Below, one piece after another: positions 30,001-38,037 of a stretch of DNA of 64,000 nt; the first letter of the stretch is position 1, and every line of letters begins with the position of its first letter. The translations under genes were made by a program, and so were the position numbers. Below the pieces are notes generated by a model. It was not told the origin of the DNA. It did no database searches and was given only the letters and a program-made list of their open reading frames with translations. Origin of the DNA: Verrucomicrobiota bacterium (GTDB lineage: Bacteria > Verrucomicrobiota > Verrucomicrobiia > Methylacidiphilales > UBA1321); NCBI GenBank assembly GCA_013285645.1, contig JABDHJ010000011.1, positions 544 to 64,543 of the forward strand. Reading direction: 5' to 3'.

Positions 30001-32403
30001 TTAGTTTTCTGCGATTCCCCATGATTTATTGGGCTCGACTCCAAGAACCAAATCGAGCGTCCCACCGGCCGTAATTTCCTGATAGCTCAGCCAGCAGCGG
30101 TTGAGAGGTTGGCCATTGAGCGTGGCCGACTGGATATAGATGTTATCCGGGGAATTGTTTTTGGCGGTGATGACAAAGCTCGAGCCCTTGGCGTATTTAG
30201 GATCGAATTTCATCGTCACCTTGTCGAAAAGTGGGGTGAAGATTTCGAAACGAGGATCGCCGGGACAGGCCTGATGCAGTCCGCTGGCCGCCAGGACAAA
30301 CCAAGCCGACATCTGGCCGGCATCTTCATCACCGCATAGCCCATTGGGAGCGGCTCCGTAGGTTTGAGAGGCGACTGTCCGCACCCATTTTTGCGTCAAC
30401 CAGGGAGCACCCGCCCGGTTAAACAGAAAAGGAATGAGGTGACTGGGCTCATTGGGTTGATTTTCATAGTTGTTCCACTCGATCAAATTGGGCGTGCGCG
30501 TAAAGAAATCGGTCAGTTTGGCGATGAAAAGGTCCTTGCCACCATTCAATTTAATCAGGCCGGGAATGTCATACGGTACAAACCATCCGGTTTGATAGAC
30601 CGAGGCCTGGATGACCGTTTTGATTGAAGTCAGACCTTCCCACGGAAGAAAGGCGCCGGTCGCATCCTTGGCGCGAAACCAACCCTTCCAATCCGCGCGG
30701 GCATCGGTGCCTGCTTCGTCATAAGTCCAGGCTTGTGCGGGATCAAAAAGATTTTGATAGGCGAACGCCTCATCGGAATATTTCTTTGCATCATCCGTCT
30801 TGCCGAGGGCAGTGGCCAACCGGGAAAGATTCCAGTCATCATTGGTATTTTGAAGCGTACCGGAAAGTTTGCCGGGCTGATAACCCAGCGCGCCGTTGCC
30901 GTATTTTTCGCAGGTGTTCACTGCGTATTCATAGGCCTTCGCCACATCATAGCCCCGGATACCTTTCTGGTAGGCATCGTTGATGACCACGACTTCAGGA
31001 CTGCCGTTCATGCAACCGGTGTAGCAATTCATCAACTCCCAACGGTCATAGTAATGAAGACCGTTTTGCGTGGCCAGTTCCACCACGCTGTTGATTTGAT
31101 CATTCACGATCTGCGGCGCGATGAGAGTCAGCAATGGGTACTCGCTCCTGAAGACGTCCCAGCCGCTGAAAAGGGTGCGCTTGGTAAAATTCTCGGCGTG
31201 GTGAATTTGACCGTCGCCACCAGGATAATCGCCTTTAAGATCGGCGAAGATCCGGGGGTCCAGCAGCGCATGATAAAGCGCGGTGTAAAAGGCCGTTTTT
31301 TGGTCCTCGGTTCCACCTTCCACGGACATCCGGTCCAAGGCTGCAGCCCACGAGTCGCGAGCTTGCTTGTGCATGCCATCAAAGTCCCAACCGGGAATTT
31401 CCGCGGCAAGATTGGCGCGGGCACCATCGATGCTGACGTAGGAAATGCCCGCCTTGAGGAGAATGGCTTCTTTGTCCTCCGTGGGAAATTCGGCATAGAA
31501 ACCGAGATGCTGGCCATCTTTCTCCTGGCAACCGGGGATTTGCTGTGCGTTTTGACACGCCGAGATAAATTCGGGCGTCTCCAGCATATCGTTATAGGGG
31601 CCCGGAGGGAGCGTCGCACTCCACACGCCCACATTCTTCAACGGTTTGCTGAACTCGGCATGGTAATAGATCGTATAATTGACATGGCCCTTCCCGTGCC
31701 CGAAGCCGCCGCCTTCCGGGGTGCAGTCGATTTGCCCCTCAATCGAATTGTCACCCACCACCTTCACCGTTTGATGCAGCGACGTGCCTCCCACCCGCCG
31801 GGCCAGATCAATTTGAATCCGCGATTGCGGATTCTTCGGGAACGTAAAACGAAGTATCCCACTGTGCGGCGCAGCAGTCATCTCCGCCCGGACTTTGTAG
31901 TCGTCCAACGTCACCGCATAGTATCCCGCCTGGGCGACTTCCGAATCATGGGAATAGGATGAGAGGTAACCGGCACCCGGTTGATCCGTTTCGCCATAAT
32001 AGGTTTTCAGGGGACCTGTGGTCGGCATGACCATGAAGTTGCCCAATTCTCCAAACCAACCCACGCCGCTCACATGTGTAAAACTGAAACCTTGTATGGT
32101 GGAATTCGGATAGGAATAGCCCGCACCATTAGAAAATCCCAAATCCGTACTACCGCCCGTGATGGTATCCGGGCTCAATTGCACCATTCCCCCTGGCGTG
32201 GCTGCGCCGGGAAAAGTTTTGCCATAAAACCCCTTGAACCGAGGATCAAGCTTGAGCTTCTGTAGGATAGTGGGGTCTTTCGGAACGCCCGTGCTTCCGG
32301 CCCCGATGAACGGATTGATATAATCGACCGGTTCTTTCGCGTAAAGAACCGAAACGGAGAGGGCGCAGAAGACGATGATACCGACGCAGACGCTTGGCTT
32401 CAT
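30001..32403 (-). CDS. GH92 family alpha-mannosidase-like protein with Gln at the general-acid position
   Basis: Signal peptide from ATG 32403; PVDYINPFIG, TFPGA, QLSPDT, FSGWDVFR, WFVPYD, NEPSH, GDEDAGQMSAW, NIYIQSATLNG. Confidence 0.92.
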   Translation of the reverse strand: MKPSVCVGIIVFCALSVSVLYAKEPVDYINPFIGAGSTGVPKDPTILQKLKLDPRFKGFYGKTFPGAATPGGMVQLSPDTITGGSTDLGFSNGAGYSYPNSTIQGFSFTHVSGVGWFGELGNFMVMPTTGPLKTYYGETDQPGAGYLSSYSHDSEVAQAGYYAVTLDDYKVRAEMTAAPHSGILRFTFPKNPQSRIQIDLARRVGGTSLHQTVKVVGDNSIEGQIDCTPEGGGFGHGKGHVNYTIYYHAEFSKPLKNVGVWSATLPPGPYNDMLETPEFISACQNAQQIPGCQEKDGQHLGFYAEFPTEDKEAILLKAGISYVSIDGARANLAAEIPGWDFDGMHKQARDSWAAALDRMSVEGGTEDQKTAFYTALYHALLDPRIFADLKGDYPGGDGQIHHAENFTKRTLFSGWDVFRSEYPLLTLIAPQIVNDQINSVVELATQNGLHYYDRWELMNCYTGCMNGSPEVVVINDAYQKGIRGYDVAKAYEYAVNTCEKYGNGALGYQPGKLSGTLQNTNDDWNLSRLATALGKTDDAKKYSDEAFAYQNLFDPAQAWTYDEAGTDARADWKGWFRAKDATGAFLPWEGLTSIKTVIQASVYQTGWFVPYDIPGLIKLNGGKDLFIAKLTDFFTRTPNLIEWNNYENQPNEPSHLIPFLFNRAGAPWLTQKWVRTVASQTYGAAPNGLCGDEDAGQMSAWFVLAASGLHQACPGDPRFEIFTPLFDKVTMKFDPKYAKGSSFVITAKNNSPDNIYIQSATLNGQPLNRCWLSYQEITAGGTLDLVLGVEPNKSWGIAEN

Positions 32404-32494
32404 TTCGGCATATATATTAAATCGGTCACTCAACGTCTTAACTGACGCTGCTCGTCCGACCAATTGCAGGGGTTCCTTGGCTTGAGCGTGAATT

Positions 32495-33247
32495 TTACGG
32501 CGTAGGAACTTTGTCCGCCTTGGCTGCTGCGGCTAGCTCAGCTGTGAACTTGGGATTCGCTTCAAGCTGGGCGAAAAGGAGATCGCCCAAATCCATCCCC
32601 TCTTTGACGTCACTGGGATAATGGACTCCGGCGACAACCCGGCTGTCGCCAACCTGTTTGGCCCGTTTGAGCAAGAGTGCATCCTGACCGTTCGCATGAA
32701 ACAACGTCGCCAGGATGCGCGCCTGAAGCTCCACGCCTGAAGCATGCCCGCTGGGATAACTAAGTCCTCCCGTTTTAAACAAAGGCTGCACCTGGGTCGG
32801 ATACTGTTCGTAAGGCCTTAGACGGGCATTTTCGTTTTTCAACTTCGTCGTGATGAAATAACAATCGTTGTCAGCTTGTTCGAGTACGCCGTAGATATTC
32901 GGATATTTTGTTTTGAAGGCCGGGTCGATCACGTCAGTCACCAAGATGATCTGATAATGTTTATCTTTCATCGCCTCATCTTTTTGCTCGGCTGTCCGCG
33001 AAGCCTGAACAGAAAGAATTGTCTGCAAATCAGCCTGATCTTCCTTTGAACCTAAAGCCGGCTTTTTCGGAAAGTCGCTCCAGACTTTTTCGTCTCCGGT
33101 CACAAAGATCGGTTTGGCGGGAGAGTGGCTAGCGGTAGCAGCCATCGGAGTCTCTGACGATTGTGTCGTCAAGTCCGCCGAAGAAGGCAGACGCGAGAAC
33201 CCAAATACGACAATAACTCCCAGAAGAATATACAAATGCCTTTTCAT
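32495..33247 (-). CDS. Class A non-specific acid phosphatase (PAP2 / PhoN-like), exported
   Basis: KxxxxxxRP (KNENARLRP), SYPSGH and SRVVAGVHYPSD motifs; signal peptide. Confidence 0.9.
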   Translation of the reverse strand: MKRHLYILLGVIVVFGFSRLPSSADLTTQSSETPMAATASHSPAKPIFVTGDEKVWSDFPKKPALGSKEDQADLQTILSVQASRTAEQKDEAMKDKHYQIILVTDVIDPAFKTKYPNIYGVLEQADNDCYFITTKLKNENARLRPYEQYPTQVQPLFKTGGLSYPSGHASGVELQARILATLFHANGQDALLLKRAKQVGDSRVVAGVHYPSDVKEGMDLGDLLFAQLEANPKFTAELAAAAKADKVPTP

Positions 33248-33322
33248 AGTTTACCTAGTAACGTGTAGCAGTGCGAAATGCCACTCCATAAGTTTTCGTC
33301 ATTCAAATGTCACTCAATCGTC

Positions 33323-33334
33323 GTATCTATATAT
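33323..33334. promoter_or_regulatory. Candidate operator GTATCTATATAT, copy 2, upstream of the phosphatase-GH92-PLC operon
   Basis: Identical to 26806-26817; both are preceded by a TTCAA..GTCA(T/C)TC segment. Confidence 0.4.
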
Positions 33335-33424
33335 AATAGAATGTTGAAATCGTCTGTTGATTCGCATTCGGCTGAAGCGACGCTTTTGCATCGCGGAATA
33401 ATTCAGCGGCATGCGATCGAATGA

Positions 33425-34786
33425 TCAATCATCCGCCCCATTAGCGTTCTCACTGTCTTCGGGCGGCTGATTTTTGGCCGCCTTCGCTTTGTTTTTGCCT
33501 TCGAACATTATCCCAGCGGCAGGATTGAGTTGATCGAGTACGGTCTGAAGGCGTTGGCGGGCGGCGAGCGCATCGGCGTCTTTTGTATCGGCGGCAACGA
33601 GAGGTTCCGTAAACGGAGCATTCTTCATGTCGAACAATTCGCCGGACTGATTCAATTTCCAGTCTGTCTCGCGATCATACCAGTCCCGACGCAAGAGGAC
33701 AAAAATCCAGTCTCGCTGCCAGTCGCCGCTGGTCTGCCCATGAAGCAGCGGGGCAAATGACATCCCGTCAATCTTCACATCTGGCGAAGGTTTTGTCCCC
33801 GTGATTTCCGCGAACGTTGGGAGAAAATCAACGAAACTGATGAGGCTTTGCGAAACTTGGCCCGCCGGGACTGTCCCCGGCCAACTGAGCACCGAAGGAA
33901 TAAGAGCGCCGCATTCCAGCATTGTATTCTTGTGACCGGAAAGCGCCTTGCCTCCGTCAATGGTGCAGTATTTAGCCCGCTGGGGAGCCGTCCCGTTGTC
34001 GCTAGCGAAAACGATGATCGTCTTGTTGGTCAACTCCAGGCGAGCGACTTCATCCACCAGTTTGCCGACCAATTTGTCCATGTAAGCGACATTGTCCACG
34101 TAGAGTTGCATGCCATCGGCGCCAGGCGCGCTGTCGGGCGTGCGCAGGATGGGGTTGTGGACTTCCGACATGGGATAATAGAGAAAGAACGGCTGGTTCT
34201 TGTGGCGCGTGATGAAATCCACGGCAAACTCATGCATCTTGTCGGGCATATACTCACCGTCCAGCAACGGTACGAGCTTGCCGTTGACTGTGTAGGTTTT
34301 TCCGTCCGGCTGGGTATTCCAATATTTTCCACTGCCCTCAAAGCGCAAATATTCGTCGAAACCCCAATCGCTTGGCTGAAACGGCAACTGATTCCACTTG
34401 CCCACCTGTCCTGTGACATAGCCCGCCTGCTTCAACACCCTGGGAATCATGAATTCGTTGGCGGGCGTCATGAGGTCAACGCTGACTTTGGCGTTGCTGG
34501 TCATTCCGGTGCGAAAAGCGTAACGCCCGGTCAAGAACAGGGCGCGCGATGGGCCACAGAGCGGTGATGCGTAGCAATGTTCAAAGCGAATGCCGCTCGC
34601 TGCCAATTTATCTATATTGGGCGTCTTAAAGTTGTCCGCGCCATAGCTGCTCACGCTACCGATTCCCAAATCATCCGAGAGGATGAAGATAATGTTGGGC
34701 TTTTGAGGAGTGCTGTCTGTCGTGGCAGCAGACAGAATTCCCGGGAGTGCTATAAGACCGCTAAGAAAAAGGGACGTTAGGCGCAT
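33425..34786 (-). CDS. Cys-type (formylglycine) sulfatase, exported
   Basis: KPNIIFILSDDLG, TPNID, CGPSRALFLTGRY, GKW, SDNG. Confidence 0.93.
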   Translation of the reverse strand: MRLTSLFLSGLIALPGILSAATTDSTPQKPNIIFILSDDLGIGSVSSYGADNFKTPNIDKLAASGIRFEHCYASPLCGPSRALFLTGRYAFRTGMTSNAKVSVDLMTPANEFMIPRVLKQAGYVTGQVGKWNQLPFQPSDWGFDEYLRFEGSGKYWNTQPDGKTYTVNGKLVPLLDGEYMPDKMHEFAVDFITRHKNQPFFLYYPMSEVHNPILRTPDSAPGADGMQLYVDNVAYMDKLVGKLVDEVARLELTNKTIIVFASDNGTAPQRAKYCTIDGGKALSGHKNTMLECGALIPSVLSWPGTVPAGQVSQSLISFVDFLPTFAEITGTKPSPDVKIDGMSFAPLLHGQTSGDWQRDWIFVLLRRDWYDRETDWKLNQSGELFDMKNAPFTEPLVAADTKDADALAARQRLQTVLDQLNPAAGIMFEGKNKAKAAKNQPPEDSENANGADD

Positions 34787-34925
34787 ACGCAGTGACAGAC
34801 AGAGCTTGGGAAGAAAGGTTACACTCTATTATCTACAGCCCTCATAAAAGAGGGCCGGGTCACAACACTATCTAGATGATGAGCCAAGGCAGCAGGATAT
34901 ACTCACCCTGCTGCCTGAGTTCGCT

Positions 34926-35717
34926 TTACCCACCGGCCTTAGGTGAGGCAGACGCGGAACAATATTTGTCGACAATGGGCTGGATGGCATCGGCCCAGAT
35001 TGCGTAACCCTTCGGGGTGGGGTGAAGGAAATCATGCATGATTTCCGTCGTGAGCGTGCCGTCGGGTTGAAGAAATTTTTTCCCGATGTCGAGAAAGGTA
35101 ACACGCTTGCCATCGTCCAGGGGAGCAATCCCCTTATTGATGGCGATGACCGTGGCCCGTATTTCGTCAGTCGGATTGGCAGAACGCGGGAAAACTCCCA
35201 GCAGAAGGAGATGCGAGTCCGGACAGCGCTTAAGGTATTCGGCGACTACGTCCTTGATTCCGTCCACGATCTGTTCGGGAGAACAGTGAGCGATGTTATT
35301 CGTCCCGATCATCAGGACAATCAACTTTGGGTCCATGCCATCAACTTGCCCCTGCTGCAGGCGCCAGAGCAGATTTTCGGTCCGGTCGCCGGAGATTCCG
35401 AAATCGACTGCGTTTAAAGCGCCAAAATGTTTGGCCCAGACTTCCTTGCCCCGCGTTTGCCAGAAATCGGTGATGGAATCGCCGTCGAAGATGAGGTTGT
35501 ACTGGTGTCCCTTGGTTTTTTCAAAGTTCGCCTGGACCCGTTGAAACCATTCGTCGCGGGGAGCCGGATAAGTGGGGCAATTGATATCGACGGGCCTCAC
35601 CGGTATGGGAAAGATCACGGTGTCAGCAGCCGAACCTATTTGGAGCGACAGAAGCAGAAAGCCCAAAACGGGAAGGCAACGACGCGTGAAAATCGGGAGG
35701 AATCGCGGTGATTTCAT
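34926..35717 (-). CDS. SGNH/GDSL esterase (PAF-acetylhydrolase-like), exported
   Basis: FDGDSIT, FGISGD, MIGTNN, DFLHP; signal peptide. Confidence 0.92.
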   Translation of the reverse strand: MKSPRFLPIFTRRCLPVLGFLLLSLQIGSAADTVIFPIPVRPVDINCPTYPAPRDEWFQRVQANFEKTKGHQYNLIFDGDSITDFWQTRGKEVWAKHFGALNAVDFGISGDRTENLLWRLQQGQVDGMDPKLIVLMIGTNNIAHCSPEQIVDGIKDVVAEYLKRCPDSHLLLLGVFPRSANPTDEIRATVIAINKGIAPLDDGKRVTFLDIGKKFLQPDGTLTTEIMHDFLHPTPKGYAIWADAIQPIVDKYCSASASPKAGG

Positions 35718-35915
35718 AAACTTTTTAAATATAGATTGGTTGGGTTGCCGTCACAGAATTGTCATAAACCAGGACTTACAGATTTAAGCGCCCGCTAAAC
35801 TGGCAGCATTTCCGATCTCTGCGAGTTTTAAATCGCGGTTCGTTCGCAAAAAAAGTCGAACGTAAGTTTCCCATCTTTGCTCTGCCTGCTTCGGACAATC
35901 TCGAGAAAAATATCT

Positions 35916-37235
35916 CTATACTGATTTTGGGTGAGCAAAAACAATTCGGAAAAGTGACCCGCATGGATGGCGTGCGGTATAGTTCACCGAACCTCCCATC
36001 GACTCCATGAGCTTCTTGACGATGAAGAGTCCCAGCCCCGTGCTCTTTTCGCCACCGGTCGGAAGATTCGATCCGCGATGGAATTTATGAAACAGGCTCC
36101 CCTGTTCTTCTTCCGAAATACCGGGCCCCTCATCACCGACTTCTATCGACCAGGTACCCTCCCGTGCCGACAGGCTCACGCTGACGCGCGCGCCCTGCGG
36201 GGAGAATTTAACCGCATTGGAAAGAAGATTATCCAGGACGAGATCGAGGGCCGCAGGGTCAAACGTTACTTCTGCCGCGCCTTCGGGCAACTCGCAGGTA
36301 ATTTCGATCTCCTTGGCCAGTTCCGCAGCCTTGGCGCGCTGGACAGCGGCATCGATTCGACTCCGCAAATCTCCCGGATGAAGTCCAACCACTCCGGCCC
36401 GGTGTTCCGCGGCATGGGCATCCAACAGGCGAGTCACCATGGACAGGATGTCTTCGCAGCTTGAAATGGCGGAATCCAGTCCCTTGCGGATCGAGCCATT
36501 TTCCCCCGCGAGTCGGTTACGAACCAGCTCCAAAAGATTCCTCTGCCCCTGCAGCGGACTGCGGAGATCATGGGCCGCGATGGCCATCATCTCGTTCATC
36601 TCATTGTTGCGTCTTTTTAATTCGGCGTTGGAGGCCGCCAATTGGCGACTGCGCAACGTGATCACCCGCTCCTTGCGGAAGTCGCTCCACTTGGCCGTGT
36701 AGAGAAACCGTGAGGCCAGCCCCGCAATCAGCACACCGGACGTGCCATCTGCGATGGGCGGAGCGATGAAAATCATCCCGTGTCCCGAAGTCAGCAAAAG
36801 CGCGCAATAAATCACGTGGTTAACCAGTAAGACGGACAAAAAAAAGTCTGTGGGCAACAGGAAAAGCACCCCGGTGATCACCACGCCGAGCACATAACTG
36901 GAATTATGTCCAAAGGCAGGCAGGGCCATGAAAAAATAAAAATCCATGATCCCCAACATGAGAATGAAAACGAGCACCACCAAAGCTCGACACCAGAACA
37001 AGGGAAAGTTTTTTCGGCGCGCCTGCCAGATCAATATCAACACCACTATCGATAAAAGCAAATCACCCACTTCGGTACCGAGAAGTGGATTTTGCTTCAA
37101 ATAATATGTGTTCCAAGCGAAGAGCGCCGCGCTCAAGTTGACGCCCGTAAGACTGACCCACCAAATGCGCCTCAGATTGGTCGCGGTGATCTTGCGAAGA
37201 AACTCGGCTTTCTCCTCCGGGGAAGCCTTGGTCAC
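35916..37235 (-). CDS. Membrane sensor histidine kinase
   Basis: About 6 TM helices, AAHDLRSPL, NLLSNAVKFS, DEGPGI, GLGL; GTG at 37235 overlaps the response-regulator stop (GTGA). Confidence 0.9.
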   Translation of the reverse strand: MTKASPEEKAEFLRKITATNLRRIWWVSLTGVNLSAALFAWNTYYLKQNPLLGTEVGDLLLSIVVLILIWQARRKNFPLFWCRALVVLVFILMLGIMDFYFFMALPAFGHNSSYVLGVVITGVLFLLPTDFFLSVLLVNHVIYCALLLTSGHGMIFIAPPIADGTSGVLIAGLASRFLYTAKWSDFRKERVITLRSRQLAASNAELKRRNNEMNEMMAIAAHDLRSPLQGQRNLLELVRNRLAGENGSIRKGLDSAISSCEDILSMVTRLLDAHAAEHRAGVVGLHPGDLRSRIDAAVQRAKAAELAKEIEITCELPEGAAEVTFDPAALDLVLDNLLSNAVKFSPQGARVSVSLSAREGTWSIEVGDEGPGISEEEQGSLFHKFHRGSNLPTGGEKSTGLGLFIVKKLMESMGGSVNYTARHPCGSLFRIVFAHPKSV

Positions 37236-37906
37236 AGTGTTCCGGGTTGCGGCAAACGGCCATGCTGAACATAGGCCGACGCACTCTGTTCCAGTGCCTG
37301 CGCCGTTTGACAATTCAGCTTGTTTTTCAATCGTTCCCGGTAGGTGCCGATCGTCTTTATGCTCAGGTGCAATTCCGCTGCAATGGCGGCGGAGCCCAGG
37401 CCTGATCCCAACAGGCGGAAGATCTGCAACTCCCGGTCTGATAACTCCTCCAAGGGCGAAGCATCCGCCCTTCGCGGATTCCGAGCCAGTTCATGGACCA
37501 ATGACCGTTGCACCACGGCACTGACATAACATTCCCCTTCAGCCAACGTCTTCAAGGCGAGTTCCACGGCTTCCAACCCGGCGGACTTCATTAAGTAGCC
37601 ACGGGCTCCGGCCCGCAAGGCCCGGCGTGCATAGAGCATCTCGTCCTGAGATGAGTAGATAAGAATACGGGTATCCGGCTGTAGGTCCATCAGCTCTTCC
37701 ACCAGCTCCAGGCCATCCCGCCCGCCTAGGACAAGGTCGAGCACGATCAGGTCAGGGCGAAGCTCACTGACCAGCCGCCGTGTTTTAATGACATCATTGG
37801 CGTCACCACAAACTTCAAATTGCTCGGAGCCTTCCAATAACAATTTCACTCCCATGCAGACCACGGGATGGTCATCCACCAGAAGCACGGTGAATTTGGC
37901 GGCCAT
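37232..37906 (-). CDS. NarL/LuxR-family response regulator
   Basis: LLVDDHP, PDLIVLDL, GYLMK, LSDRELQIFRLLGSG...IAAELHLSIKTIGTYR; ATG at 37906 preferred. Confidence 0.93.
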   Translation of the reverse strand: MAAKFTVLLVDDHPVVCMGVKLLLEGSEQFEVCGDANDVIKTRRLVSELRPDLIVLDLVLGGRDGLELVEELMDLQPDTRILIYSSQDEMLYARRALRAGARGYLMKSAGLEAVELALKTLAEGECYVSAVVQRSLVHELARNPRRADASPLEELSDRELQIFRLLGSGLGSAAIAAELHLSIKTIGTYRERLKNKLNCQTAQALEQSASAYVQHGRLPQPGTL

Positions 37907-37949
37907 AAGGATTAGCGTCGCAATCCTAAATACCAATGCAAGCTAGTTA

Positions 37950-37970
37950 TTGTAGGCGATTAACCTACAA
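37950..37970. promoter_or_regulatory. Palindrome TTGTAGG-N7-CCTACAA in a divergent promoter region
   Basis: Perfect 7-bp inverted repeat between the response regulator and the PEP-CTERM gene. Confidence 0.55.
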
Positions 37971-38037
37971 AAATAAAGGTTTATTAATCCGACGTAGCTA
38001 AGCGCACATTCTGATAAATCAAAAGCAATAAAAAGTC

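Noticed and set aside
33361-33418. Nested imperfect hairpin after the sulfatase stop
   Set aside because: Short stems, no U-tract and no second copy; at most a weak terminator or stabiliser.
37232-37313. Apparent long gene overlaps (HK/RR; also wspC/wspD, wspD/wspE and SGNH/PEP-CTERM at 59877-59983)
   Set aside because: Artefacts of longest-ORF start choice; downstream starts give ordinary 4-nt overlaps or gaps.
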